A DNA stretch of 64,000 nucleotides from Alphaproteobacteria bacterium (GTDB taxonomy: Bacteria > Pseudomonadota > Alphaproteobacteria > RF32 > CAG-239): positions 2,359 through 66,358 of the forward strand of contig JAZRAL010000004.1 in NCBI GenBank assembly GCA_045634545.1. The letters run 5' to 3'. The translations under genes and the position numbers were made by a program. Shown in pieces: positions 11,206-25,185 of this stretch. Position 1 is the stretch's first letter, and each line of letters opens with the position of its first letter. The notes beneath the pieces were generated by a model that was given only the letters and a program-made list of their open reading frames with translations, did no database searches and was not told the DNA's origin.

Positions 11206-12180
11206 ATGACAGAAGAAAATAACAATATTTTTTATACAACTCCTGTAAGTAACGAAAAAATCGGCATTAGGATTGATAAATTTATAGCGGATGAGGTTTC
11301 TTGTTTATCTAGATCTATGATACAAAAGCTCATCTTAAAGGGTGAGGTTTTTTGTGATGATGAAACTATTGCCGATAAAGATTTTAAGACAAGACTTGGT
11401 GATATTTATCAGATAAACATTCCTTCACCAGAAGAGGCAACACCTATTGCACAAGATATAAAACTTGATGTTTTATATGAAGACGATGATTTAATTGTAG
11501 TTAATAAACCTCAAGGAATGACTGTTCATCCTGCGGCTGGCGCAACAAGAGACACTTTGGTTAATGCTTTATTATTTCACTGCAAAGATTCACTTTCTGG
11601 CATTGGTGGCGTTGCAAGACCTGGTATTGTACATAGAATTGATAGATACACGAGCGGTGTTTTGGTTGTTGCAAAAAATGATATGGCTCATAAAGATTTA
11701 GCTGAACAGTTTTTCAAACACTCGATTGAAAGGACTTATTACGCTCTTGTTTATGGGGTTCCAAGCTCTAAAAAGGGAACAATTGAAGGAAATATTGCAA
11801 GAAGTTCTTTTGATAGAAAGAAAATGGCTCTTGTTCAAAATGGGGGAAAAAGGGCTATCACACATTATGAGGTGGTTGAAAGCTTTAAAAACGCTGTTTC
11901 TTTAGTAAAATGTAATCTTGAAACAGGAAGAACGCACCAGATTAGAGTTCATCTTTCTAGCACAGGGCATCATTTGGTTGGTGATGATGTGTATGAAAAA
12001 CCTAAGAAAACAAGTATATTATTACCTATTGAATTAAAAAAATTAGTAAACAACTTTCCAAGACAAGCTTTGCACGCATATTCTTTAGGTTTTATCCATC
12101 CAAGGAGTAAACAATTTATGCATTTTGAAGCTAGCATTCCTGAGGATATGAGTAATCTTATTGAAGAACTAAGAAAATAG
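11206..12180 (+). CDS. rluD: RluA/RluD family pseudouridine synthase
   Basis: N-terminal S4-like domain, VVNKP, HRID...TSG catalytic motif, ETGRTHQIRVH, QALHA; upstream of rpoH. Confidence 0.93.
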   Translation: MTEENNNIFYTTPVSNEKIGIRIDKFIADEVSCLSRSMIQKLILKGEVFCDDETIADKDFKTRLGDIYQINIPSPEEATPIAQDIKLDVLYEDDDLIVVNKPQGMTVHPAAGATRDTLVNALLFHCKDSLSGIGGVARPGIVHRIDRYTSGVLVVAKNDMAHKDLAEQFFKHSIERTYYALVYGVPSSKKGTIEGNIARSSFDRKKMALVQNGGKRAITHYEVVESFKNAVSLVKCNLETGRTHQIRVHLSSTGHHLVGDDVYEKPKKTSILLPIELKKLVNNFPRQALHAYSLGFIHPRSKQFMHFEASIPEDMSNLIEELRK

Positions 12181-12306
12181 ATAATTGGTCTTGTTTTTGG
12201 TTATAAATCTTTAATTTTTTACTAAAAACAATAGAACTAATGTCTAGATTGTGGAAAAAAATGTTTATATATACACTCCTAAAAGTCAATTTTTAGGAGA
12301 AAGAAT

Positions 12307-13182
12307 ATGGAAAAACAACTTACTCTAAATGGACTTGACTTTTCACCGGAAGAAAATTTATCTCGTTATTTACAATCTATAAAAAAATTTCCAATTTTAA
12401 CACCAGAAGAAGAATATGATTTAGCTATTTTATATCAACAAACAAAAGATAAATCTATTGCTTATAAGCTCATCACCTCTCATTTGAGATTGGTTGTTAA
12501 GGTTGTTTCTAAATACAGAGGATATGGCTTACCTATTGGAGAGATGATTTCTGAAGGAAATATTGGGCTAATGTATGCTATTGATAAATTCGCACCTGAA
12601 AAAGGTTTTAGATTTTCTACTTATGCTTTATGGTGGATTAAAGCATCTGTTCAAAAATATATCCTTAATTCTTGGTCTCTTGTAAAACTAGGGACTACAG
12701 CGGCGCAAAAGAAATTGTTTTTTAACCTAAGAAAGATAAAGAATAAGCTAAACTTAATTGATGATAGAGAGCTTTCTGAAAATGTTTTACATGATATTGC
12801 ACGCTCACTTGATGTTAGTGTGCAAGATGTTACTGATATGAATATGAGATTAAAAGCACATGATGGCTCTCTTAACAGTGTTATAGATAATGATAGCGAT
12901 GGCGCTAATGAGTGGATGGATTTTATATCCGATAACAAACCCAACCAAGAAGAAGCTCTTGCTCATGCAGAAACATCAAAATATAGAAAAACAATGTTTA
13001 ACAAGGCTCTTTACGTTTTAAATACGAGAGAAAAAGATATTTTATTTAAGCGCAGGCTTTATGATAAACCAATTACTTTAGATGATTTGAGTAAAACATA
13101 TAATATATCTAAAGAACGTGTACGTCAGATTGAGCTTAACTCTATAAAGAAAATAACTAAAGCAATAGAACTTATGCAGTAA
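12307..13182 (+). CDS. rpoH: RNA polymerase sigma-32 factor
   Basis: SHLRLVVK, EGNIGLM, RFSTYALWWI, RpoH box QKKLFFNLRK, SKERVRQIE. Confidence 0.96.
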   Translation: MEKQLTLNGLDFSPEENLSRYLQSIKKFPILTPEEEYDLAILYQQTKDKSIAYKLITSHLRLVVKVVSKYRGYGLPIGEMISEGNIGLMYAIDKFAPEKGFRFSTYALWWIKASVQKYILNSWSLVKLGTTAAQKKLFFNLRKIKNKLNLIDDRELSENVLHDIARSLDVSVQDVTDMNMRLKAHDGSLNSVIDNDSDGANEWMDFISDNKPNQEEALAHAETSKYRKTMFNKALYVLNTREKDILFKRRLYDKPITLDDLSKTYNISKERVRQIELNSIKKITKAIELMQ

Positions 13183-13254
13183 GACTTGAAATAACCTTAT
13201 CTCTTATTATCTATTCTACACAACAATATTAGATATAATAAAAGGTGAGGTTAT

Positions 13255-14397
13255 ATGCAAGAAAGTAGGTCTTTGCGAAATGTTTATGTTTTAATTCTTT
13301 TGGTAATGTGTCTGATTTCTTTTGGCTTAGGATATTTTGTTTATAATAAATTCCATCATAAAGAAATCAGACACATACCGATAAATGATAGTATCACAAT
13401 AAATGTTTTACCTATTTTACCCAAAGATTTAACAATAAAAAAATCTTATGTTGGAAACACTGTAGCTATTAATCAGGTAGAAATAAAACCTTATGTTAAT
13501 GGCTATTTAAAAAAAATAAATATAAATGAAGGAGATACTGTTGTTGATGGGGACCTACTATTAACTATTGAACCAAGCGAATATAAAGCAAAATTAAATG
13601 CAGCTGAAGCTGATGTTTTACAGGCTAAGGCATCTTTCGAATATAATAAAAATTATTATGATAGAGTTTTAAAGGCTGGTAAAAAGAGTTTTTCGGATAT
13701 AGAAAGAGACGATGCAAAAAATAATTTTCATCAAGCTGAAGCTAAGCTAAAAAATGCTCTTGCAAATCTCAAGCTAGCAGAAGTTGACTATAATTATACT
13801 ATTATTAAAGCCCCTATTTCTGGATTGATTGGCAATTATAATTTGAGTGTTGGGGAATATGTCTCTCCTGAAAACGGAGCCCTTTTAGACATTGTTCAGA
13901 CAAATCCTATTAGAGTTGTTTTTTCTTTAACCGATGTTGAATATTTAAATTTAATAAAACAAAACAACACCCCCTTTAAATACAGCGTAATAAAACTAAA
14001 AATAGCTAATGGGAATGAATTTAAATATAATGGCAAATTCAAATACACAGACAATAAAATTAATAAAGCAACCAACTCTCTTGCTGTATATGTTGATTTT
14101 AGAAATGACGATAATGAATTACTACCAAACAATTTTGTTACAGTTGAAATTTATAACACTTTAAAAGACATAATCATTGTTGACAAATCATTGATTAGAA
14201 TGAAAGAAAATGGAAATTTCTTATTAATAGCCAAAAACAACAAAATAGAATCTCATTTAGTTAATATTTTAGCAGAAAAAGATACTTTTTATGCAATAGA
14301 AAACAATTTTGATAAAAATGATTTTATTATTTTAGATAATGTTGACGAAATAAAACAAGGTACTGAACTTAAGTTTAATATTGTAGAAAAAATATAA
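13255..14397 (+). CDS. RND efflux periplasmic adaptor subunit
   Basis: N-terminal TM, lipoyl halves (VEIKPYVNG; IKAPISG), helical hairpin; upstream of an RND pump. Confidence 0.92.
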   Translation: MQESRSLRNVYVLILLVMCLISFGLGYFVYNKFHHKEIRHIPINDSITINVLPILPKDLTIKKSYVGNTVAINQVEIKPYVNGYLKKININEGDTVVDGDLLLTIEPSEYKAKLNAAEADVLQAKASFEYNKNYYDRVLKAGKKSFSDIERDDAKNNFHQAEAKLKNALANLKLAEVDYNYTIIKAPISGLIGNYNLSVGEYVSPENGALLDIVQTNPIRVVFSLTDVEYLNLIKQNNTPFKYSVIKLKIANGNEFKYNGKFKYTDNKINKATNSLAVYVDFRNDDNELLPNNFVTVEIYNTLKDIIIVDKSLIRMKENGNFLLIAKNNKIESHLVNILAEKDTFYAIENNFDKNDFIILDNVDEIKQGTELKFNIVEKI

Positions 14398-14413
14398 AAT
14401 TGGAGAATATCTC

Positions 14414-17400
14414 ATGTTTTCTGAGTTTTTTATTAATCGCCCCCGCTTTGCAGTAGTTATTTCTATTGTTTTAATTATTTTAGGTGGATTAGCAATAAAA
14501 GTTTTACCTGTTTCTCAATTTCCCAACATTACTCCACCGCAAATAAATGTTAAAACAACATATCTTGGAGCTAATGCAGATGTTTTAGTTAACACTGTTG
14601 CTATTCCTATTGAAAATCAGATGAACGGAGTAGAAAATATGCTTTACATGTCATCAACATCTGATGACAATGGCTCATATACATTAACAGTTACTTTTGA
14701 TATTGGAACAAATCCAGATATTGCCCAAGTAAAAGTTCAAAATAGATTACAACAAGCAAATAACGAACTACCCGAAGAGGTTATTAAAGAAGGATTAGAT
14801 GTATCTTCTGAAAATGCTGATATGCTTGGTATGATTGTACTTCGCTCACCAAATAAAACTTTTTCTGATTTATATTTAAGTAACTTTGCATATACAAATA
14901 TAAAAAATCAATTATCTAGACTTTATGGAGTTGGCCAAGTACAGATTTTTGGTCCTAAATATAGTATGCGAATATGGCTTGATATTGATAAAATTACAGC
15001 CTTAGGATTAAGTAGTAATGATATTATTAATGCTGTAAAAGAACAAAATATTCAAGCAGCAGTTGGTAGTATTGGTTCTGCTCCTAGCTCTAAAGAAACA
15101 AACATTGTGTTAAGCCTTACTGCAAGAGGATTGCTTGATAGTGTTGAAGAATTTTCAAATATTATTGTTGCGACATCTGATGATGGTGGAACTGTTTTTT
15201 TGAAAGATGTTGCTCGAATTGAACTCGGACAAGATACTTATTCTTTATCATCAAAATTTAATAATTCGCCCGCTGTAATTATTGCTCTTAATCAAACACC
15301 AAATACAAATGCTTTAAATACAATGTCCACTATAAGAGAAGAACTAAAAAAGATGCAAAAAACTTTTCCTAAAGATATTGAAATAAGTGTTGCCTATGAT
15401 TCCACAGACTATGTTAGAGCATCTATTGATGCTATTATTGAAACACTGTTTATCACCTTTGGTTTAGTAATATTGGTTACATATTTATTTTTACAAAAAG
15501 TAAAAACAACTCTCATTCCTCTTTTTACAATACCTGTTTCTTTGGTTGCTACATTTATAGTCATTTATGCCTTAGGTTTTGATATAAATATTTTAACACT
15601 TTTTGCAATGATTTTAGTTATTGGATTGGTTGTTGATGACGCTATTATTGTTGTTGAAAGAGTTCAATACTTAATGGCTAATGAAAACCTCAATTCTTAC
15701 AAAGCTTCAATTAAAGCTATGCAACAAATTGGTAGTGCAGTTGTTGCAACCACGTTTGTTTTACTTGCTATATTTGTACCTGTTGGACTAATGGCTGGAA
15801 TTACAGGAAAAATATACCAACAATTTGCTGTTGCTATTGGTACATCTATAATCTTTTCTGCATTTAATGCTCTAACTTTAAGTCCTGCTTTATGTTATAT
15901 ATTTTTAAACAAGGAGAAAAAAGAAAAAAAGAGTTCATTTTTTGATTTTTTCAATAAAAAGCTCGATAGTTTTAGAGATATTTATGTTAAAATTGTTGGC
16001 TTTTTTGCTAAGCATTTATACATTACGACTGTTATAATACTCCTTGCAATACTGGCTACTTATCTATCATTTAAATACACTGCTTCATCTTTTATTCCTG
16101 ACGAAGATCAAAGCATAATTTTTGCCAACGTACAACTTGACAATACTGCAAGCATAAACCAAACCAATGACATATTAAGCGACATGAGCGATAAAATATT
16201 AAAAATGGATGGTGTAAAATATGTAATTACGGTTGCAGGGTATAGTCTTTTAGGTGGAGGAGGTGAAAATGTTGCTCTTGGAGTTGTTGGATTAATAGAT
16301 TGGAGCAAAAGAACAACAAAAGATTTATCTATTAATAGTATTAGCAATAAGTTACGAAACATGTCTAAAAACTATAAAGGAGTTGAATTAAACTTTTTTG
16401 CACCTCCATCTATTCCTGGTATTGGGCAGAGTAATGGTATCTCTTTAGAGCTTGTAGCAACAGACACCAACAAAACACCTATTGAACTTGCTGAAGTATT
16501 AAACAAATATTTAGCATCAACAAACAAAGATGAGGATTTTTCCTATGTTTTTAGCACCTTTAGAGCAAATACCCCTCATTTATTTTTAGAAGTTGATAGA
16601 ACCAAGCTTCAGATGTTTAATATTCCTGTTAATAGCTTTTTCTCTGTATTACAGAGTAGCTTGGGTTCTTCTTATATAAACAATTTTACACTAAGCGGAC
16701 AAGTTAATAGAGTTATTTTGCAAGCAGACTTTGATTATCGAAAAGACATTGAAAGTATTAAAAATCTTTATGTAAAATCAAACCTTGGAGATTTAATTAA
16801 AGTTGATAGTTTTGTAAACACTAAAACAGTTCTTTCTCCTAAAATCATAAACAGATATGACTTATATACATCAGCACCTATCACAGCCCTTTCTAGCCCC
16901 AAAGTTAGCACTGGTGACGCTATGGATAAACTTGAAAAAATAGCTAACAGTGTTTTACCAAATGGATTTGATATTGAATGGACAGCTCTTTCTCTACAAG
17001 AAGCAGAAACAAGAGGGTTAATTGGTATTTTAATAGCATTAGCTGTTGTTTTTTGTTATTTATTTTTGGTTGCTCAATACGAGAGTTGGATGCTCTCATT
17101 CTCTGTTATGTTTTCTACTGTTTTTGCGGTTTTAGGAGCTTTATTGGGCTTACATCTATTTGGACTACCTTTAAGTATTTATGCGCAGCTTGGAATAATT
17201 TTACTCATCGGTCTTGCTGCAAAAAATGCTATTTTAATTGTAGAGTTTACAAAAGAATACAGAGAAAAAGGGTTTAGTATTTTAGACGCCTCTATAATGG
17301 GGGCCAAAGAACGTTTTAGGGCAGTTCTTATGACAGCTATGACTTTTATTTTTGGTGTTTTTCCAATGATTGTTGCCAAAGGTCCTGGCGCTAACTCTCA

Positions 17401-17542
17401 AATATCTATTGGCGTTACTGTATTTTTTGGAATGATATTTGCAACAATTATAGGGATTATATTCATCCCTGCATTATTTGCCGTATTTGAAACAATAAAA
17501 GAAAAATTTTATTTTAGCAAAAAGGATAACCGCAATGTTTAA
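14414..17542 (+). CDS. RND efflux permease (AcrB/HAE1 type)
   Basis: [42 protein letters not shown]; 1042 aa. Confidence 0.97.
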   Translation: MFSEFFINRPRFAVVISIVLIILGGLAIKVLPVSQFPNITPPQINVKTTYLGANADVLVNTVAIPIENQMNGVENMLYMSSTSDDNGSYTLTVTFDIGTNPDIAQVKVQNRLQQANNELPEEVIKEGLDVSSENADMLGMIVLRSPNKTFSDLYLSNFAYTNIKNQLSRLYGVGQVQIFGPKYSMRIWLDIDKITALGLSSNDIINAVKEQNIQAAVGSIGSAPSSKETNIVLSLTARGLLDSVEEFSNIIVATSDDGGTVFLKDVARIELGQDTYSLSSKFNNSPAVIIALNQTPNTNALNTMSTIREELKKMQKTFPKDIEISVAYDSTDYVRASIDAIIETLFITFGLVILVTYLFLQKVKTTLIPLFTIPVSLVATFIVIYALGFDINILTLFAMILVIGLVVDDAIIVVERVQYLMANENLNSYKASIKAMQQIGSAVVATTFVLLAIFVPVGLMAGITGKIYQQFAVAIGTSIIFSAFNALTLSPALCYIFLNKEKKEKKSSFFDFFNKKLDSFRDIYVKIVGFFAKHLYITTVIILLAILATYLSFKYTASSFIPDEDQSIIFANVQLDNTASINQTNDILSDMSDKILKMDGVKYVITVAGYSLLGGGGENVALGVVGLIDWSKRTTKDLSINSISNKLRNMSKNYKGVELNFFAPPSIPGIGQSNGISLELVATDTNKTPIELAEVLNKYLASTNKDEDFSYVFSTFRANTPHLFLEVDRTKLQMFNIPVNSFFSVLQSSLGSSYINNFTLSGQVNRVILQADFDYRKDIESIKNLYVKSNLGDLIKVDSFVNTKTVLSPKIINRYDLYTSAPITALSSPKVSTGDAMDKLEKIANSVLPNGFDIEWTALSLQEAETRGLIGILIALAVVFCYLFLVAQYESWMLSFSVMFSTVFAVLGALLGLHLFGLPLSIYAQLGIILLIGLAAKNAILIVEFTKEYREKGFSILDASIMGAKERFRAVLMTAMTFIFGVFPMIVAKGPGANSQISIGVTVFFGMIFATIIGIIFIPALFAVFETIKEKFYFSKKDNRNV

Positions 17543-18935
17543 ATACACCGCATTAATCTTAATTTTTATTTTATCTTCTTGTACAGCAGGGGATGAGCAT
17601 AATTATGATGATTTTATTTCAGACAATGACATAAAAGAAACTTTAAACTTAAATAATTCAGGGGAGAGCATCAACAAGGACTGGTATAAAATATTTAACG
17701 ACAACGATTTAAATACACTGATTCAACACGCACAAAAGACCAATTTAGATATTAAACAAAACATAGAAAAACTAAAGCAATCTCGCTATAGTTATCTAAT
17801 TAACTCTAAAGAATACTTTCCAACAATTGATGCTGAAGGTAATTATAGTTTTAGCAAAACAAATGGCAAGGAAACACCTCTTGGCATTGATACAAATGAC
17901 TTTAGCACTGGATTTAATGTTTCTTGGGAACTTGACGTTTGGGGTAAAGGAAAAGCAATATCTAAGCAATATTTAGAGCTTATTAATAGTGCTAAATTTT
18001 CTTTATTTGACACCCATGTTTTAATCACATATGAAGTGATTAACAACTATACTAACCTACGACAAAATCAAGAAAAATTACGCATAGCAATTAACAACAA
18101 AAAACTCCAAGAAGATATATTAAATATTGTTACAGACAAATATAACAATGGTATTACTGATGAATTAGCTCTAAACCAAGCCAAGTACTCTTTAGAATTT
18201 GTTAAAACCAGCATTCCAGAACTAAAAACAAATATAAATAAATATAAAAATGCTTTATCACTTTTGCTAGGAACAAGACCTGAAAAACTACCTATAAACA
18301 TTGATAGTTCTAAAAACAATATAACCGCAAAAACCTTTAAATACAGCGTTCAAAAACTATACAATATAAAACTAAACACTATTAGAACCAGACCTGATAT
18401 ACGAAAAGCAGAAGCAAATATTTTATCGCAGAATGAAGCTGTAACCCAAGCAATTACCAACCTATATCCAACAGTTAGTCTTGGCGCATCATTTGGTTTT
18501 ATTTCTTCTAGTTTAGGCGATATATTTAACACAGAAAGCTATAGCTATTCACCTAAAATATTGCTCCCTATTTGGCATTGGGAAAAACTTAAAAACAACA
18601 TAGAACTACAAAAACATATCAAAGAAGAGTATATTATCACATATAACAAAGCCATGCTTTCTGCTCTACTTGATTTAAAAAACTCTATTTATTTTATTGA
18701 GGAAGGATATAAGTCAAATTCTTCTTATAAAAAAGCCTTAGAAAATATGAAAAGCATTTTTTACATAACTCTTGATAAATATAAAAATGGCCTGATTGAT
18801 TTCACAGAAGTTGCCACTGCTGAACAAAATTATCTCAATGCTCAAAACAACCTAATTAATAGCAATACAGACATAATCCAAGGAATTGCTCTTTTCTACA
18901 AAGCAACTGGTGGTGGATATAACTTTGACAACTAA
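17535..18935 (+). CDS. Outer-membrane efflux lipoprotein (NodT/OprM/TolC family)
   Basis: Lipobox [30 protein letters not shown]. Confidence 0.93.
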   Translation: MFKYTALILIFILSSCTAGDEHNYDDFISDNDIKETLNLNNSGESINKDWYKIFNDNDLNTLIQHAQKTNLDIKQNIEKLKQSRYSYLINSKEYFPTIDAEGNYSFSKTNGKETPLGIDTNDFSTGFNVSWELDVWGKGKAISKQYLELINSAKFSLFDTHVLITYEVINNYTNLRQNQEKLRIAINNKKLQEDILNIVTDKYNNGITDELALNQAKYSLEFVKTSIPELKTNINKYKNALSLLLGTRPEKLPINIDSSKNNITAKTFKYSVQKLYNIKLNTIRTRPDIRKAEANILSQNEAVTQAITNLYPTVSLGASFGFISSSLGDIFNTESYSYSPKILLPIWHWEKLKNNIELQKHIKEEYIITYNKAMLSALLDLKNSIYFIEEGYKSNSSYKKALENMKSIFYITLDKYKNGLIDFTEVATAEQNYLNAQNNLINSNTDIIQGIALFYKATGGGYNFDN

Positions 18936-18941
18936 AAAAGT

Positions 18942-19394
18942 TTAAGGATAAGTGCTATCTAACGGAGCGTCTTGATTTACACTCTGAGGCTTGTAAATAA
19001 ATAGATTACTAGATTCCGGAATATCTGTTGTACGCTCAACATATCCTTTTTTCAACATACACTTTTGGTATTTTCTAGGACTTGCATCTGTATCATCTCT
19101 AACAGAGTTAACCATAATCGGCATCGCCCCAGGATATGGCACGAAACTTGCCCAAATACCATGTTCTTTATGCCATTTTACTACAGTATCATACCTTTGC
19201 TCTTCTGAATAGAACCAACTCTTCAAGTTTGGTAATAACTTTAACGCTTCTGCCTCTCTCATACACTCTGAATGGTCCCTTGCAAACTTGATTCCACCAG
19301 TATTATATCTATCCCAATGAAAAACAACTTGCCCTTTTTGTGAAGCACAAGAACTTAGCATAAACAATATCAATATACAAAAAATATTTCTCAT
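18942..19394 (-). CDS. Small lipoprotein
   Basis: Lipobox LSSC; D-x-x-EC...A and CM-x-x-KGY motifs typical of small proteobacterial lipoproteins. Confidence 0.7.
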   Translation of the reverse strand: MRNIFCILILFMLSSCASQKGQVVFHWDRYNTGGIKFARDHSECMREAEALKLLPNLKSWFYSEEQRYDTVVKWHKEHGIWASFVPYPGAMPIMVNSVRDDTDASPRKYQKCMLKKGYVERTTDIPESSNLFIYKPQSVNQDAPLDSTYP

Positions 19395-19395
19395 A

Positions 19396-20061
19396 TTAAA
19401 AATCCAAATTTGTGTAATTAGCTGATGGATGAATCCCCTTTATATTGTCTTTTAAGATATCTTTGAAGCTAGGGCGAGATTTTATTTTGGCATACCATAA
19501 TTTTGCATTTTTATAATCTTCCCAACATATATCACCTAAATAATCTATTATGGAAAGATGCGCTGCAACCGTTAAGTCTGCCAAGGTCAAATCTCTTCCC
19601 GCAAGATAATTATTTCTATCCGCAAGATAATCAATATATTCCATATGGTATTTTAGGTTATTTAACCCTGCTTTTAGTATTTTTGAGTTTGGTGCTTGTT
19701 TTAGATGAAATCTTTTTATTATTTTTTCTGCAACAATATATTTATATACTTCATTATAAAACTTTGTATCAAACCAATCCATTATACGTCTAACTTCAGC
19801 TCTTTCTTTTACATCTTCTGGAAGTAATTTATATTGAGGATTGCTTTCTTCTAAATATTCAGTAATAGCATAATTACCTGAAATAACTTTCCCATCAAAG
19901 ACAAGAATGGGTAAATCTTCAGCAGGATTTATTTCTAACACACTTTGAGACAAATTCCAAGGCTCTTCCTCTTTTAACACAAAAAGCATTTTTTTCTCAG
20001 CCATAATTAATCTCATTTTTCGAGATTGCGGTGAAACACTATGATGAATTAAAAGAACCAT
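19396..20061 (-). CDS. fzlA: Glutathione S-transferase family protein, FzlA-like
   Basis: SPQSRKMRL, LPIL, GST C-domain YLAGRDLTLADL..AAHLS..DYLGDI.W, WYAKIKSRPSF as in alphaproteobacterial FzlA. Confidence 0.75.
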   Translation of the reverse strand: MVLLIHHSVSPQSRKMRLIMAEKKMLFVLKEEEPWNLSQSVLEINPAEDLPILVFDGKVISGNYAITEYLEESNPQYKLLPEDVKERAEVRRIMDWFDTKFYNEVYKYIVAEKIIKRFHLKQAPNSKILKAGLNNLKYHMEYIDYLADRNNYLAGRDLTLADLTVAAHLSIIDYLGDICWEDYKNAKLWYAKIKSRPSFKDILKDNIKGIHPSANYTNLDF

Positions 20062-20125
20062 TTTTATCTCCTAGATTTTTTGTATGTTATACATATTGTT
20101 TTTATTTTTCAAGCCTTTGTTTTTA

Positions 20126-21034
20126 TTATTTTAGCTCCGTTTGTAAAGAATTCATGTATGTAGGAGGTATTACCCCTTTTGTGTTTTCTTTATACGTTTC
20201 TATTATATCTGCTAGTATTTTATCTCTTTTTTGCTTATATGAAGATGATTGAAAATATTGTTTTAGATATTCAATATTTTTTGATGTTGCAACCTTAGGT
20301 GAAACCTTAAGAAACATAGGAAGTCTCCATACAGGATCTAAGCTATAGTTTACATAATTCATTAAACCCAACTTATATAGTTTTATTTGACTTCTATAAT
20401 AGCTTGCAACGACAAAATCTATTCTTCCGGTTAACAAATCTTCTATTGCATTATCAAATGTATCTTTTGACACAATACCTAATCTTGAAAAATCTTTCAA
20501 AATTGATTTATCAAACTTATCGTCTTTTGCGTAAGCTCCTTTATATTTTTTTAAATCTTCTTTGGTTTGAACATCTATGTTTTTATCTTTTGATGTAATT
20601 AGATGCACTCCATTTTCAGCAAAAGCTGGATATATGTATTTGTTTTTACTATACTTCGAATCTCCAAAATATAATCCCAAGACACCACTTATCTTTGAAT
20701 TGTTATTCTCAAAATCAAACAATTCTTCTTGATAATTTTCTTTTGGATATAAAACTTTTACGAATAAATGCCTATCATTGAAAAAATCTAAAAATAATTC
20801 ATAAAGAATAGAGCCTTGTTTTTTAGAAGAAAAAGGGAAATTATCAGGGTCACTTAAAAAAGTAATTGTTTGCTGGTCGCTGTATTTTTTATCAAAATAA
20901 ACTTGTTTATATACTGGTTGCTTGTATCCTAAATTATCTAAAACAACCTCTTTTTTTGTATATATATCTGCTGCTAAAACAGGTGATGCAAAAAAGAAAC
21001 AAGCAATAACGTATAATATTTTAGCAAAATTCAT
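20126..21034 (-). CDS. Periplasmic substrate-binding protein (family 3-like), stand-alone
   Basis: Signal peptide (VLA-ADI), D-NFPF...G, DLKKYKG, LLTGRIDFVV. Confidence 0.65.
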   Translation of the reverse strand: MNFAKILYVIACFFFASPVLAADIYTKKEVVLDNLGYKQPVYKQVYFDKKYSDQQTITFLSDPDNFPFSSKKQGSILYELFLDFFNDRHLFVKVLYPKENYQEELFDFENNNSKISGVLGLYFGDSKYSKNKYIYPAFAENGVHLITSKDKNIDVQTKEDLKKYKGAYAKDDKFDKSILKDFSRLGIVSKDTFDNAIEDLLTGRIDFVVASYYRSQIKLYKLGLMNYVNYSLDPVWRLPMFLKVSPKVATSKNIEYLKQYFQSSSYKQKRDKILADIIETYKENTKGVIPPTYMNSLQTELK

Positions 21035-21124
21035 ATTTTCTGCTCCTTGTATAAAAAGAATCTTTGATATTTAAAGTATAGCTGTTATTATGTTAAAAAA
21101 TACTTTATCTTTATTAATTTTTAA

Positions 21125-21925
21125 ATGGATTTTAAAGTGAATAATTGCTCGTGTTTTACATACAATGACTTATTTTTAACAACAAAAGAAAGAAAAGATA
21201 TTTCTATATTTATATCTGGAGCAGAGCAAGTTGGCACTTCTTGGTGCGCTTTATCAATTGCTCATGCTTTAAATTTATTAAATAAAAAAGTTTTACTTGT
21301 TGATGGTAGTGGAAGTTTATCAAACTTTTCTTCTTACTTAAGCCTAAAAAACAACAACAATCTTGAAGACTATTTTAGTGGCAAGAAGACTTTAAATCAG
21401 CTTATTGTTGCGTATAAAAATAAAGATTTTAATTTATTAACTGCAATTTCTGGAAACAAATACATTACTCACCCCCCATTGGGGCGAATACAAATTTTCG
21501 CACAAGATTTAAATATTTTATCTGAAAATTATAATCATACGCTTATTGATTTGGGTTCTGATGTTTTAGAAAAAAACATCAACCTTTGCAAAATAGCTGG
21601 CAATATAATCATCCTTTGTTCAGATAGCAACGATGGACTTGTAAAAACCCTTGATACAATAAAATACCTAAATCAAATGGGATTTGGTGATAATTGCAAA
21701 ATAATTATAAATAAAGCAAATTCTTTTGAGGGAGGGTATAAAATATATGAAAAGCTCGAAAAAGCGGCGGAAAGAAACGGCTTGAAATTTCCAGTTTTAT
21801 TAGGTATTATAAGGCTTGATGCTAGAATTCGTGACACAATAAAAAATAAAGATTTATTGTTATCAAGATATCCAACATCTGAGGCGGCTCAAGATATATC
21901 TGAAATAGCAAAAGGTTTTGTTTAG
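21125..21925 (+). CDS. MinD/FlhG(FleN)-like protein with a degenerate P-loop
   Basis: KKVLLVDG, TLIDLG, IIINKA and C-terminal LLSRYPTSEAAQDI match FlhG/MinD; Walker A reads SGAEQVGTS. Confidence 0.75.
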   Translation: MDFKVNNCSCFTYNDLFLTTKERKDISIFISGAEQVGTSWCALSIAHALNLLNKKVLLVDGSGSLSNFSSYLSLKNNNNLEDYFSGKKTLNQLIVAYKNKDFNLLTAISGNKYITHPPLGRIQIFAQDLNILSENYNHTLIDLGSDVLEKNINLCKIAGNIIILCSDSNDGLVKTLDTIKYLNQMGFGDNCKIIINKANSFEGGYKIYEKLEKAAERNGLKFPVLLGIIRLDARIRDTIKNKDLLLSRYPTSEAAQDISEIAKGFV

Positions 21926-21935
21926 GAGTTTAATT

Positions 21936-24225
<2,290 letters not shown>

Positions 24226-24226
<1 letters not shown>

Positions 24227-25185
24227 TGGCAAAACGTAAATCTGTTTGCGGTGATGAAGAAGAACTTCTTTCCTCCTTTATGAAAGAAAATAAAAAGGAT
24301 GGTATTAGAGTTTTTGTTGCCGGTGGTTCTCGTGGTGGTCATAACCCTATTTATGTTAGAGAAACATATAACCTTGGAAAGCAAATTGTAAAAATGGGTT
24401 TTAAACTTGATTTTGGTTTATCTAACTCCGGAATTATGGGTGCTGTTGCAAGGGGGGTTATGGATGGATGGAACGAAAAACAGAAATGTACTAACCAAGA
24501 ATTTCCTATTCAAGGCATTACAACCGAAGAATATTTTAAGCTATATGACTCTGAAGATGTTATGCTTAAACACATAAACATTATTTTTGCTAAAACATTA
24601 GAAGAAAGAAAGCAACGTTTACTTGATGCTGACTTTGTTGTGTTTGCGCCAGGTGGTGTTGGAACATTGGACGAACTAGCTTATGATTGTGTTGCTATGC
24701 AAGATGGTTTATTAGAAAAGAAGCCCTTTATTTTGTATAACATTGGGGGATTTTTCCATCATCTATTAGAATTTTTAAAATCTATTGCCAACATGGGTTT
24801 TGCAGACCCTATTCCTTTTATTGTAGTTGATAATGAATTTGAGCTTGAAGTTGCTTTTGAATTATTAAAATCTAAATATGGTAAATGTGAAGATGATAAC
24901 AAAAAAGTTTATGCAAATGCGAGACAGCTTGTTTATGAACTACCTTATTTTATCAAAAAAAGACAAGAATCTGGAAAAGATATTATTGATATTGTTAGAG
25001 ATGTTTGCGCAGTTAGAGCTTTTGGTAATAATGAAGAAAAAACTGCTCTAGAAAACGATATTGAAACAGCTTATCTCGAAAAAGAAATTGAAAGAATGTA
25101 TGACAGACTTGCAAAAACGGGGAGAGATACCTCTGTTGTCAGCTATAAATTATCTAGATTAAAAAGACGAAAAAGGAATATTTAA
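24226..25185 (+). CDS. LOG family nucleotide phosphoribohydrolase with C-terminal extension
   Basis: GIMGAVARG, ERKQRL, PGGVGTLDE signature; start overlaps the tgt stop (TAATG). Confidence 0.8.

Noticed and set aside
13186-13215. CTTGAA...TATCT after rpoH as an RpoH promoter for the RND operon
   Set aside because: The -10 lacks the CC(C)TAT core; too weak to call.
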